DNA of 40,279 nucleotides from an uncultured Chloroflexia bacterium (GTDB lineage Bacteria; Chloroflexota; Limnocylindria; Limnocylindrales; CSP1-4). Position 1 is the stretch's first letter; every line of letters begins with the position of its first letter. The notes beneath the pieces are model-generated. The model was not told where the DNA came from. It worked only from the letters and a program-made list of their open reading frames with translations, and made no database searches. Positions 29,370-39,300 of this stretch are shown here, in pieces. Location of the stretch: the NCBI GenBank assembly GCA_963766735.1, contig CAVYBU010000009.1:1-40279 (forward strand), in the 5' to 3' direction. Both the position numbers and the translations under genes were made by a program.

Positions 29370-30387
29370 ATGTGGAGCCGAACGTTGACCGCACTGGCCC
29401 CCGCGATTGCGCTGCTGCTTGCGGCCTGTGGTTCCGGCACCGCGGGATCGACACCGGTGACCACGACGCCTCCCGCCACGGCCGCGGCAACGGCCGCACC
29501 CAGCCCGGCCACGCCTGCACCGGTAGCGGGGGACGAGCCGTTCGCGCTGCTGACCGACAGCGTCGTGTACCACGAGGACGACGCTGGGGCCTGGTCGATG
29601 GACGTCTTCTATCCCGACGCAGAGGGTCCGTGGCCGCTCGTGATCGTCTACAACGGCATGAGCACATCCACGGCCGCCGGGGAAGCCCGGGAGATCGCCG
29701 CGCGCGGTGCCGTTGCCGTTGCCCCGCAGTGGCTGAAGGTGAAGCCTCCGGAGTTGACTCTTGAGGACTACATCGACGGAGGGCTGTTCGACCGCGCTGC
29801 ATGCGCCGTGAACGCTGCGCAACACCTCGCTGCGGACTACGGCGCCGACCCGACGCGGACGACGGTCGCCGGCTTCTCCGCGGGTATGCACCCCACCGGA
29901 TGGGTCGGCCTGGGCGTCGTGCGCAACGACGTGTGCCAGACACCGCAGCTGTATCAGCCGGTGGGGCTGGTCATGGGCGACAGCCAGTTCCTCTTCTACG
30001 AGCAGGGGTGGGACAGCTCGCTTGCGGACCCCAAGTCACCGGCGGCCGACACCGTTGACCGCTTCGTCAATCCGGAGCGATGGGACGTCCCCGACAACCT
30101 TGCCGTCTATCTGTGGACGTCGGACTACCCCTACGGGCGAGACATCGAGAATTCCGCCGTCCGCGGAGTCCTGGATCCAGTCACGAGACACGACGGGCAC
30201 GCTGATCAATGATCTGACGATCCTCGAGGCATTCGACGACGAGTGGATCGACTGGATGGACAACGGCCTGCTCATGGAGATGCGCATGAAGGGGGCCGGC
30301 CTCGGCGTGATCCATGAGGCCGTCGGCGGCGAGCACGCCTACAGCTCACGGGTGTTCGATGCCATCGAATTGCTGATCAGCCGCTGA
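29370..30387 (+). CDS. lipoprotein, alpha/beta-hydrolase-like; frameshift near 30150
   Basis: lipobox LLLAAC; MDVFYP, DPTRTTVAGFSAG; C-terminal GGEH in the 30022-30387 frame. Confidence 0.75.
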
Positions 30388-30426
30388 CCCCAGCCGGTCC
30401 CACTCCCCGGCCGGCGTCGAGTCCGG

Positions 30427-30551
30427 CTAGGGCTCCAGGCTCGCCACCACCAGCCACCCCTCCGCCCGCCCGCTGTTGATCAGCTGCTCGGTGGTGAGGC
30501 CCGAGCGCGCTCGACGGTCCGCCATGTGGCGCTTCGCGGTGCTCGCCGGAC
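30427..30551 (-). pseudogene. 3' half of a second HTH-B copy
   Basis: STAKRHMADRRARSGLTTEQLINSGRAEGWLVV vs STAKRHLADLRARSGLTTEQLIYRGRAEGWLVV. Confidence 0.85.
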
Positions 30552-30571
30552 GCCAACCCCATGTGCTCCGT

Positions 30572-31924
30572 CTAATCCGTGACTTGACTCGAAAGCTCCT
30601 GGTGGACGTGCCGGTAGATGGCCAGGCGGTTGGCCTTGAACTTCGTCTTGAGATACAGGAGATAACGAACGCCTCCGCCACTCGTCTTTCGGTCGAGCGT
30701 GTGAACGTAGTCCCGAGCGATCTTGAGGCCACCCTGGCGGGCCAGCTCGAGTGCGATCCAGTCAGATGGGCTGGCCCATTGCTTGATTTCCTGGACGATC
30801 CGGCGGGCGACCAGAGTGTCGTCGGGTTCCGGAATGAGACCGTATCCGTAGACAGGGCGCCCGAGGATCGGGTCTCTACCAACAATCCAGATCGAGTCAT
30901 CCGGGATCTTGACTGCCATGCTGGCAATGCCGTCCGCCACGATGCGCTTCAAGAACCGCCGCATGGACTTCTGGACCCCCGCGCGAAGCGCGTTGATCCA
31001 GTTCGTGGCCATCTGGTAGACGGCCTTCGCCGGACCGCTGCCAATGTTGCGCCACCACTTCTCATTGTCGATCCCGATCTTCTTGGGCTTCCCCACCGCC
31101 TTGCCGAGTTCGCTGCGGGCACCCCGGGGGGAGCGGGGCGGTGTCAGACGATCTCGCCGGCCTCCTGGCGTGCTGCTGGTGTTGGGGGGGACCCCCACGC
31201 CCGGAGTTCTGGCTCCGGCACCGCGACGCGTTCGCGTCGTCCGCGTACCCGCCGCCCTACCCGACTTCTCCGTCACCAAGTAGGAGCCCCACCACTCGAT
31301 CATGTGGAACGGCGAGATGCCCTCGGGAATGCCGGCGAGTGACTCCGACGACCAGTGCGTTCCCACTGGCGCGGGCGGTGTCCCCACGGGCAGGCGCTTC
31401 CCCGCCGCGGCCTCTATCCGCCGGCCCATCTCAGCGTGCATCTCAACCAGTGTCGTGGCCACGGCCTGCTGGACCGTCACGCCGTACCTCTGGCCCTCGC
31501 CCCGCAAGAATGCGTCCTTCCTTGAGGCTGAGGCCACGAGATCCGCGTTGCTGAGCATCGGGATCAGGACTCGATCGGCGGCGTCCTTGCCCAGGATCCG
31601 CGGAAGGGCACGCCGGGCTGGCGTCGATCCGCCAGCTTGGCGCTGGGTCGTCCGGACGGATCCGACAGGTTGGCGCGTCGGAAGATCGGCGATGAGCCTC
31701 GCGACGACGGCGTTCCCGACGACCGCCTGCAGTCTGAGGATTGCGTCAGCGCCTAGCCGAAGCTCGCGTTGCCCGACGGGGCGCCTACCTGGCTCGGAGT
31801 CCGCCCGGGCAAGGTCAGCAATGGGCCCGGCAACCCCTGTTGACGCGTTTGGCCTACCCCCGGCAAGCCTCAGTGACGAGGATCCTCTGCCCCAGATGGG
31901 TGGCGTCCCTATCGCGCGGTCCAT
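30572..31924 (-). CDS. hypothetical protein with LQxxxGNxxVARL leader motif; putative toxin or effector
   Basis: AILRLQAVVGNAVVARL..TQR, then a Lys/Arg-rich C-terminal region; visibly less GC-biased than neighbours; start uncertain. Confidence 0.6.
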   Translation of the reverse strand: MDRAIGTPPIWGRGSSSLRLAGGRPNASTGVAGPIADLARADSEPGRRPVGQRELRLGADAILRLQAVVGNAVVARLIADLPTRQPVGSVRTTQRQAGGSTPARRALPRILGKDAADRVLIPMLSNADLVASASRKDAFLRGEGQRYGVTVQQAVATTLVEMHAEMGRRIEAAAGKRLPVGTPPAPVGTHWSSESLAGIPEGISPFHMIEWWGSYLVTEKSGRAAGTRTTRTRRGAGARTPGVGVPPNTSSTPGGRRDRLTPPRSPRGARSELGKAVGKPKKIGIDNEKWWRNIGSGPAKAVYQMATNWINALRAGVQKSMRRFLKRIVADGIASMAVKIPDDSIWIVGRDPILGRPVYGYGLIPEPDDTLVARRIVQEIKQWASPSDWIALELARQGGLKIARDYVHTLDRKTSGGGVRYLLYLKTKFKANRLAIYRHVHQELSSQVTD

Positions 31925-32326
31925 GACCCTCCAGCGATCACGGGCGCCCGTCGCGTGATGGCCGCCCGCCAGGCGCCAGGGGCACGCAGACTGCGTCAGC
32001 CGCACGAGTGCGGGGCGTCCAGGTGTGTACTCCGCTGAAGACTATGGTGCGTATTGTCCCCCCCCAGCAGGGGTCCAGCAACACGCGGTCGCCACATCTG
32101 CCCCGATGGTTGTCTCGTTGCCCTTTCGAGCAGTTGTGGACGTCTGCTCACTCCCCCTCCTCGTACGGCGAGGCTCGGTCGATGGGTCAACAGGAGCGCC
32201 GAGCGGCGCGCTCCGACGGCCAAGAGGCGAATGGATGCCACGGGGATCGGCGCACGGGCGGGTGGCCGGATGACCTCGCCGAGACGTGAAGCGACGCGCC
32301 GGCGTGTCGTTCGGCGCTTCGCGAGC

Positions 32327-32443
32327 TCAGTCAGCCTCCCGGAGCCGTCGCAGCCACTGGTCTCGCCCCTCAACCTTCACATGCACGCTTCCCCGGGTGC
32401 CTCCTTGGGCTGACGCTCGCCTGATACCTGTCGGGCGCGCCAG
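32327..32443 (-). pseudogene. orphan C-terminal tail spanning att site 3
   Basis: LARPTGIRRASAQ...VHVKVEGRDQWLRRLREAD*, homologous to 9818-9916. Confidence 0.6.
32415..32442 (+). repeat. att-like site 3: tRNA-Arg 3' end; probable right island boundary
   Basis: GCTCGCCTGATA-CC-TGTCGGGCGCGC-CA (9/12 dyad). Confidence 0.8.
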
Positions 32444-32559
32444 ACTTCCCGCCTGCCGAACCCGTTGAAGCCGGCCTAGGTGGGAACCCGAGCTGCGGGA
32501 CATGGTGCCCCTCGGCGTGGCTGCTCCGATCCAAGGCACCACGCGCGGGTTGTCATCGA

Positions 32560-33123
32560 TCACGAATGGCTCGAGGCCCGGGACGGCCGGAACCACGGCA
32601 ACAGCGCGCCCCCACGGCCTACAGCGATTTCGAGGTCCTGGTGGTCGAGAGCTCGCGCCAGGGCGGCCTCCTCGACCGGGGTCAGGCGGTTCTCGAGGAT
32701 CGGGATGTACAGCTCCTCCTCGGCCAGGTGCGTCTTGAGCAGGGCGTGGAGGCGCAGCAGGATCCGCCGCAGTGCCAGCACCGACGAACGATCGACGTGT
32801 GACGGCAGGTCCTCCATGAACAACCCAAGCCTCGCCACCAGGCGGCTGATCTCCCGGTGCTCCTTGACCATCACCACCGTGGTTCCGCTCGAAGCGGCGA
32901 GCCGATCGAGCGTCGGGAAGACCGCTGCCTCGACCGTCTCCATGTGGGGGATCAGGTGATCCGTCAGGCCGTCGTGCGCCTCGCGCAGCAGCGGCAGGTG
33001 GCCGACGAGCCCCGCCGTATCGAGGCAATCGCAGCCCAGGCAGTCTGCAAGGTCGTTGAGCAGGCCGACGTAGTGCCGGAGCAGGTGGTGGTGCTCATGC
33101 GAGACAGCGGTCAGCGGTTGCAT
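32560..33123 (-). CDS. hemerythrin domain protein
   Basis: HEHH, LIPHMETVEAAVFP, KEHREI, KTHLAEEELYIP. Confidence 0.85.
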   Translation of the reverse strand: MQPLTAVSHEHHHLLRHYVGLLNDLADCLGCDCLDTAGLVGHLPLLREAHDGLTDHLIPHMETVEAAVFPTLDRLAASSGTTVVMVKEHREISRLVARLGLFMEDLPSHVDRSSVLALRRILLRLHALLKTHLAEEELYIPILENRLTPVEEAALARALDHQDLEIAVGRGGALLPWFRPSRASSHS

Positions 33124-33195
33124 CGTTTCCTCCCGGGGACGCTACGTCAGCCTGGTCGCCGCCCGCGCCACGAAGGGCGCGAGCGCCGGAGACCG

Positions 33196-33469
33196 TCACT
33201 CGAGGTTGCCGCCCTCCCCGGAACTGCCGAGCGCCAGGATCTCGGCCTCGATCTCTCGGACCATCAGGCGCAGTTGCTCGAGGCGCGCGCCGAGGTCCTC
33301 GGTGGCCAATTCCGGGTCGGGCTGCCGCGGTCGGCGATATCGACGTTCCATGGGCAATCCGGCCTCGTCGAGCCAGCCGACGCGGCGCTGAGACGTGGTC
33401 GCAGGGACCTCGGCCATACGACTCGTGGGCATGGGTTCCACACCCGTGCCGGTCATATCCGCAGCTCAT
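33196..33469 (-). CDS. small Cys/His-rich plus coiled-coil protein; one frameshift
   Basis: RBS GGAGG, MSCGYDRHGCG; C-terminus LGARLEQLRLMVREIEAEI in another frame. Confidence 0.5.
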
Positions 33470-33470
33470 C

Positions 33471-33884
33471 TCAACCTCCCGGGTCATCAGGCACGCCATC
33501 GATCCCATCGAGGAAGACGTCGATCAGGCGGGCTCGCTCCCGCATCACCGAGATCCATTCGTCGAGCGCCCGATGGCCCTCGTCGGCCAGCCGGTACGTC
33601 CGCCGCGGCGGCCCGTCGTTCGTGACCCACGTCGACACCACGAGACCTTCCGCCTCGAACTCGCGGAGTGCGCGGTAGGCCATCCCCTCGTCGACGCCGT
33701 CCGGTGCCAGGCAGAGGTCGTCGAGCTGGGTGATGAGGGCGGCGCCGTGCACCTCTCCCTCGGCGATCAGACGCAGCAGGAATGGCTCGAGCCAGCGACC
33801 GCGCCGGCCGCCTTCCCGGACCCAGCCCCGATGCGCGTCGTGGTGGTCGTGTGGGTGCGCGTGGTGAACGTCATCCTGATCCAT
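33471..33884 (-). CDS. PadR family regulator with His-rich N-terminus
   Basis: LEPFLLRLI..HG, YRALREFEAEGLV, GPPRRTYRL. Confidence 0.9.
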   Translation of the reverse strand: MDQDDVHHAHPHDHHDAHRGWVREGGRRGRWLEPFLLRLIAEGEVHGAALITQLDDLCLAPDGVDEGMAYRALREFEAEGLVVSTWVTNDGPPRRTYRLADEGHRALDEWISVMRERARLIDVFLDGIDGVPDDPGG

Positions 33885-33954
33885 GCCAATAGCATCCGTC
33901 TGCCACTGGCAGTTGCGCGAAGTGCCGCATGACCCCCCGATCGACCCGACCTGG

Positions 33955-35247
33955 TCAGCGGTGGAGATTTTCGGCCGCGACGAAGCTCAGGCCGTGCTCG
34001 GTCAGTGACCGCGCGGTGTGGTTCGTGGCACCGACCTTGTCCATGAAATTTGACTGGAGCGCCTCCCAGTCTCCGCTGGCGATCACCTCGGCCTTGTCCC
34101 GGAAGTAGTCGAGGATGTCCGAGGGGTGGGGGTTCGCCGCGTCGACGTCCGGATCGCCGCCTTCGTGCTTGGCGGCGATGTTCGCCACGTGGTCGGCGAG
34201 GCTCGACCAGCTCCGCGCGCCGGTCGTACGGCTGGCGCACGATGCTCTTGTAGGTCTCGGTGATGTGGTGCTCGAAACGGACAGCGTCCTGGAGCCCCAG
34301 CGCCCGGCGGATCTGTGCCGAGATCTCGAGCGTCCCGTTGTCGACCGAGTTGCCCCAGTTGAAGCCGCACCAGCGGGGTCGTGCCGTCCTCGCGCGCGAA
34401 CAACCTCGCGCCCATGAGCGTCCACAGCCCGGAGAACGGGTTGTCATTGCCCATGAACACGGAGATCTTGAACTCGATGTCCACCCCCAGCCTGTGGAGC
34501 AGGTAGCCGGCCAGGACGGTCCCGGGGTTGATGTTCAGGACCTGTTGCACGCCGTACGTCGTGTAGAAGTGGAGGAACTCGTCCACCCACATCAGCGGAT
34601 GATCGTTGGGCTGCCCGATACCACCAAAGTAGCCGGTGATCGTCGCAGGGCCGTCGAGGTGGACGTTGGAGCCGTCGGTGCCCTTCGTGTCCAGGGTCTC
34701 GACGACGCTGGCGCCGATGATCTGCATCGCGGCCGCAACCGCCGGCAGGTCCCCGTCCGCCTCCTGCTCCGCCATCTTCCTGACGCGGATCCAGCGGCCG
34801 GGCATCAGCGACCGGTCGGCGATCGCGCGCCGGGCCGCCTCGATCACCCACGGGAAGTACTGGAGCGAGCTGACCTCGAGGGTCACGGCCAGGTCGTCGC
34901 GGAAGGCCATCGAATTGGCCCGGTCGCCCACGACGCCGCGGCGGAAGTCCGCGACGCTGACGAACGCACCCCGGTCGCGCTGCTCGGCCAGCCACTGAAG
35001 GTCCGGCAGGTACGACGGCTGGATCTCCCGGACCCGGTCCAGGAGAGCCGGCAGCTGGCCCGCCTCCAGCGCCCGGCGGTTGATCTCCTCGGGGGTGCCG
35101 TACCGGGCCACGATCTCCAGCAGGTCGTTGACGATCCGGGCGTCCGGGTCGAGCAGGAACGCGTTGAGCCTCATCCAGCCGGTCGGCCGGGATCGCCAGC
35201 CGGGTCCGGAGGTCGGTCTCCGAATCCGTGCGGGACACCGTGGTCAC
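33955..35247 (-). CDS. enzyme-like hypothetical protein (~430 aa) downstream of panB; about 3 frameshifts
   Basis: stitched from four ORF pieces; TLEVSSLQYFPW, ETLDTKGTDGSNVHL, TITGYFGGIGQPN, EHHITE, AKHEGGD. Confidence 0.75.
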
Positions 35248-35286
35248 AGTCGTCTCCTCTAGAGCGCCGGCTCGGGTGGCGAACCG

Positions 35287-36181
35287 TCAGTGGAGCAGCG
35301 CGAGCAGCTCGTCGTACTCGTCGTCCTTCATGCCGAACCAGTTTGCCGGGGCCGGGAAGGTCCGCTCGGTCACCTCGCCGACGTAGGCCGCGAGACCCTC
35401 GCGGATGACGGCCCCCGCGTCTGCGAACACCTTGGCCATCCGCGGGCGTGAACTTCGGGTAGAGCCCGAACGCGTCGTGGTAGATCAGCAGCTGGCCGTG
35501 GGCGTCCGGCCCGGAGCCCAGGCCCATGATGATGGCGCCCTGGGCCCGATCCCTGATCAGGCCGCACAGGCGATCGGGCACCAGCTCCAGCAGGACGCAG
35601 AACGCGCCGGCCTCCTCGAGGATCCGGGCGTCGTCGACGATCTTCTTCGCCTTCTGCGGCGCTCTTGCCCTGGAGCCGGAAGCCGCCGAGGGAGCTCGCG
35701 CTCTGGGGCGTGAGCCCCAGGTGGCCGATGACGGGGATCCCGCCTCTGCGATGCCGGCCACGCGGTCCGCCATCTCGGCACCGCCCTCCAGCTTGACGCA
35801 GTCGCAGCCGGTCTCCGCCATGAACCGGCCGGCGTTGCGGATCGCTGTCTCCACGCTGGGCTGGTAGCTCATGTAGGGCATGTCGCCCACGACCCACGCG
35901 TTGGGCGCCCCGCGCCGCACCGCCGCCGTGTGGCGGATCATGTCGTCCATGGTGACCGGCAGCGTGCTGTCAAACCCGAGCATCGTCATGCCCAGGCTGT
36001 CGCCGACAAGGATCATGTCCACCCCGGCCTCGTCCTGCAGGTACGCGGTCGGGTAGTCGTAGCACGTCAGCCACGTGATCGGGGTGCCGGCCGCCGCCTT
36101 GTCGATCAAGGCCGGCAGGGTCATCCGCTTGCGCTCCGTCACCGTGGCCTCCAGTCCAGCAATCGTGTCGTCATGCTTCAT
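35287..36181 (-). CDS. panB: 3-methyl-2-oxobutanoate hydroxymethyltransferase; frameshifts
   Basis: [44 protein letters not shown]. Confidence 0.93.
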
Positions 36182-36292
36182 CGTCCGCGCCCGGGGCCGG
36201 CGGAACAGGTCCATTGGGCCCGAATGCCTCCGCGTGGACGCCCGTCGCGTCGAAGCGGGTCTGTGTCCGCCGCGGCATCGCGGCAGAGGTGA

Positions 36293-36929
36293 TCAGCGCC
36301 GGACGCGGCGGGGAGCGCTGCGCTGGCCGGTGACGAGCAGGCGCACGTCAGACACGAGGCCGGACCTGACGACCACCACGTGGGTGGCCGCGATCAGGAT
36401 CACACCCATCGCGATGGCGGTGTGGATGTCCGCCCAGCCGTGCTTGGTCACGGCGAACAGCAGGATCTGCTGGCCCGCGCGCCGGCCGTCCGCCGCCAGC
36501 CAGTGAACGACTCCGCTGCCGAGGATGATGGGCACGAGGATGGCCATCGCCATCACGACGACGGCGCGGACATAGACGATCGCCCTCGGTCGCCGGGCCG
36601 CTCTGAGGCGTCTCGCTTGCCGGGTGAGGATGAGACGCGTATAGGAGAGGACCCGGCGCCGCATCACCGTCACGTGGACGAGCGTCAGGACGACCGCCAG
36701 GACCGAGGCCACGACGCGGATGTCGTTCAGGCGTGCCTGGTCAGCCCGAGGAGCGAGGGCAGCTGGTCGGCGCGCCATCCATCGATCGCCAGCCAGAGAA
36801 CGATCCCGCTCAGGGCCGACACGGTCCGAGTTGGCGATCATCGCCAGGGCGACGACGGATCGCACGTAGAAGATCGTCTTCGCCCGGGGGGCCGCGGACG
36901 TGGCGGTGGGGTGAGCGGGACGCGGTCAT
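36293..36929 (-). CDS. membrane protein with two DUF4405-like (cytochrome b-type) repeats; frameshifts
   Basis: repeats SGIVLWLA..G..LLGLTRHA..DI..LVH and SGVVHWLA..G..TKHGWADIH..ATH. Confidence 0.6.
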
Positions 36930-36980
36930 GGGGGTACCTCCGGGTACGGGGTCCTCGGATCTGTGCGGGCGGTCGGCGGT

Positions 36981-37907
36981 TCAGCCGGCCCGACCCTGGC
37001 CGGTCGGCGAGCCGATGATCGACTCGAAGTCGCCCATGGAGATGTAGGTCGGCGTGTATGTCACGCCCTGGCGACCAGGTTCCTGGCGAACGCACGGAGG
37101 TGGTTCTCGGAGCCGCGCTCGAGGTCCTCGTAGACCAGGGCGATGTCCTGGGTATCGGTCGCCCGCTCGCGCAGGTCGCTGATGTCCATATCCTCGATGA
37201 GCGCGCCGACGGTGAGGGCGTCGACGAGCGATGTCCGCCCGCGCGCCACCAGGTCGCCGTACAGGGTCTGGAGGCCGGGGTTCGTGGACTACCGGCCGGC
37301 TGACCGGCGGCGGGGTCAGCGATCCCGTAGCGATCCAGGAGGGTCTTGATCGGCCTCCACGTGGGTCGTCTCGGCGACGGCGATGTTCTCGAAGACCTGG
37401 CCTGCCCCAGGTGTCTCCGAGCGTCACGTACACGTCGTGGGCCAGCTTCTCCTCCTCACGCATCCACACCAGGCCATCGACCTCCTCGGCAGTCAGCGTG
37501 GCGACCGGCAGGGCCGCGATGCGGAGCGAGACGTCCCCGTTCTCGCCTGCACCCCGCTACGTCGCCCCCCGCGTAACCGCCGCCGCCCCCGGCCCCGCCG
37601 CCGTAGCCGCCGGTCCCGCCACCGACGCCGTTGCCGTTGCCGCCGAACTCCCGCCCCCGCCGGACTCTGCCCCTGCCCCAGCCCGCCGCCACCGGTCTCG
37701 GCCCCCGCCGAAGCCGCCGCCGGTGCCGGCAACGCCGAGCCGATTCTGGCCTCGTGGTCGGACCGGACCACGGCGGGGTCATTGCTCACCGCCCCGAGGG
37801 AGTAGGCCCCGAACAGCCAGGACCGCACCGAGACCGGCGACGAGCGCAACGACCCGGCGTCGGCTGCCGCGGTTGACCGTGGGTTGAGGCGGCGTCAGAA
37901 CAGACAT
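36981..37907 (-). CDS. DUF2202 ferritin-like exported protein; frameshifts
   Basis: MREEEKLAHDVY, GALIEDMDISDL, GSENHLRAF; Gly-rich linker. Confidence 0.85.
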
Positions 37908-37983
37908 GGTATGAGGATCCTTTCGAGTCGAGTCGCGGTCCGCTCACTGTCGAACCGACCACGCGATGAGTTGACTCCATGCA

Positions 37984-38012
37984 GGTGGAGCGTCGGTGGA
38001 CGCGCGATGGAG
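37984..38012. promoter_or_regulatory. three direct repeats at 11-bp period upstream of DUF2202
   Basis: GGTGGAG (37984), GGTGGAC (37995), GATGGAG (38006). Confidence 0.45.
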
Positions 38013-38409
38013 TCTTCGCGGGCTTATCGCCAGGTCCTTGCGCTCGGAGCCCTCGCCGCCGAGCGCCTGAACCCGCGTCCAGGCTGGCCCTCGCCCGTAT
38101 CGCTGGCGGAGACGCGCTGCGTGACGAATGGACACGCCCAAGCCCATGTATCGATTCGTCGCGTCGTCGTCGAACTCCGTAGAGGAAGCGGGCGACCACC
38201 CGCCCCCAGGAGAACCCGGCAACACCGGCTCCAAGGGACGGCGCCGTCGCCGATGCGTTCGAGACGCTGGCGGTACGGAACTGCCCCGCCTGGTCCGACT
38301 CGGCGATCCGCCTGGTTCGCGACGCGGGCCGGGCGCAGGGATGTGCCCAGGAGACGTCGGTCGGCAGCGCGGCCGTGCTTCGGCGTCGGCAGGGTCCGGG
38401 TGAAGACCC

Positions 38410-38874
38410 CTATCCGGATCGGGGCGCAGGATGACGACGGTGGTCTCCCGGGAGCGGCGCGCCGCGAAGGCGTCGAGGTCCTTGTCGTAGGCGGCCCACC
38501 TGGCCCAGCAGGCGGGGCCGCTCATCAGGGCTTGCCGCGCGTCCGTGGACGGCGCGGGACCCACCGGGCAGGTCGACGGTGACGTCGGGCTGCGCCTGCA
38601 GGTTGAGCCACCACGCGGGCTCGGCATCGGCCCAGCCGTTCATGGCCATGGCGACCAGGTCGGGCCCGTCCTCGAAGTAGCCGAGGATGGCAACGCGCTC
38701 CTCGCCGGTGCGGCGCCCGACCGTGCGCAGGCGCATCATGCCCCAGCGGTCGGCCCTCGCGGTCCGGAGGCCGAACCGGCCGCCGGTGACCGAATATGCG
38801 GCCCGCTGCACCGCCCAGAACGTGCGCACGAACCAGCGCGGCGGCAGGGACGCGATCTTCGACGGTTCCGACAT
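38410..38874 (-). CDS. deazaflavin (F420)-dependent nitroreductase family protein
   Basis: LRTVGRRTGEER, NGW..EPAWWLNLQAQP; 3' frameshift. Confidence 0.85.
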   Translation of the reverse strand: MSEPSKIASLPPRWFVRTFWAVQRAAYSVTGGRFGLRTARADRWGMMRLRTVGRRTGEERVAILGYFEDGPDLVAMAMNGWADAEPAWWLNLQAQPDVTVDLPGGSRAVHGRAASPDERPRLLGQVGRLRQGPRRLRGAPLPGDHRRHPAPRSG

Positions 38875-38896
38875 GGTGTGCTCCAGTCCGGCGTGG

Positions 38897-39300
38897 CTAC
38901 GCAGCCGTGGAGACCCACGTCCATGCGTACCAGGCGGTCAACGCGTTGAAGACGATGCTCACGAGAATCAGGAAGTTGTCGTAGATGCCTTTGTAGGGCA
39001 AGCCGAACAAGTTGAACACGACGACGAGCACGGCAATGATGATGCGTCCACCCAGCCGATTGCGGATACGGCAACGTCAGGGACAGGACGACCATGATGA
39101 TCGGGATCAGCATGATCACCGCGATCCCCAGCCACATTCCCTGGCTGGCTTTTCGGCCCTGATCTCCCCCGCGTCACGTGGCCGGCCATCAGGCGCAGCA
39201 CGTCCCCCAGGAGGTAGGTCAGCATCTCCACCGCGACCCACAACCCCGAGAGAATGATCCTCACATCCGTCATGGTTCCCGTTGCCTCGCTCTGCTTCAT
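38897..39300 (-). CDS. DUF6326-like small membrane protein; frameshifts
   Basis: DVRIILSGLWVAV.MLTYLLGDVLR, WLGIAVIMLIPIIMVVLSL. Confidence 0.7.

Noticed and set aside
32450-32500. CCGAACCCGT resembling part of a c-di-AMP (ydaO) riboswitch
   Set aside because: Other conserved blocks are missing and there is no downstream + strand gene
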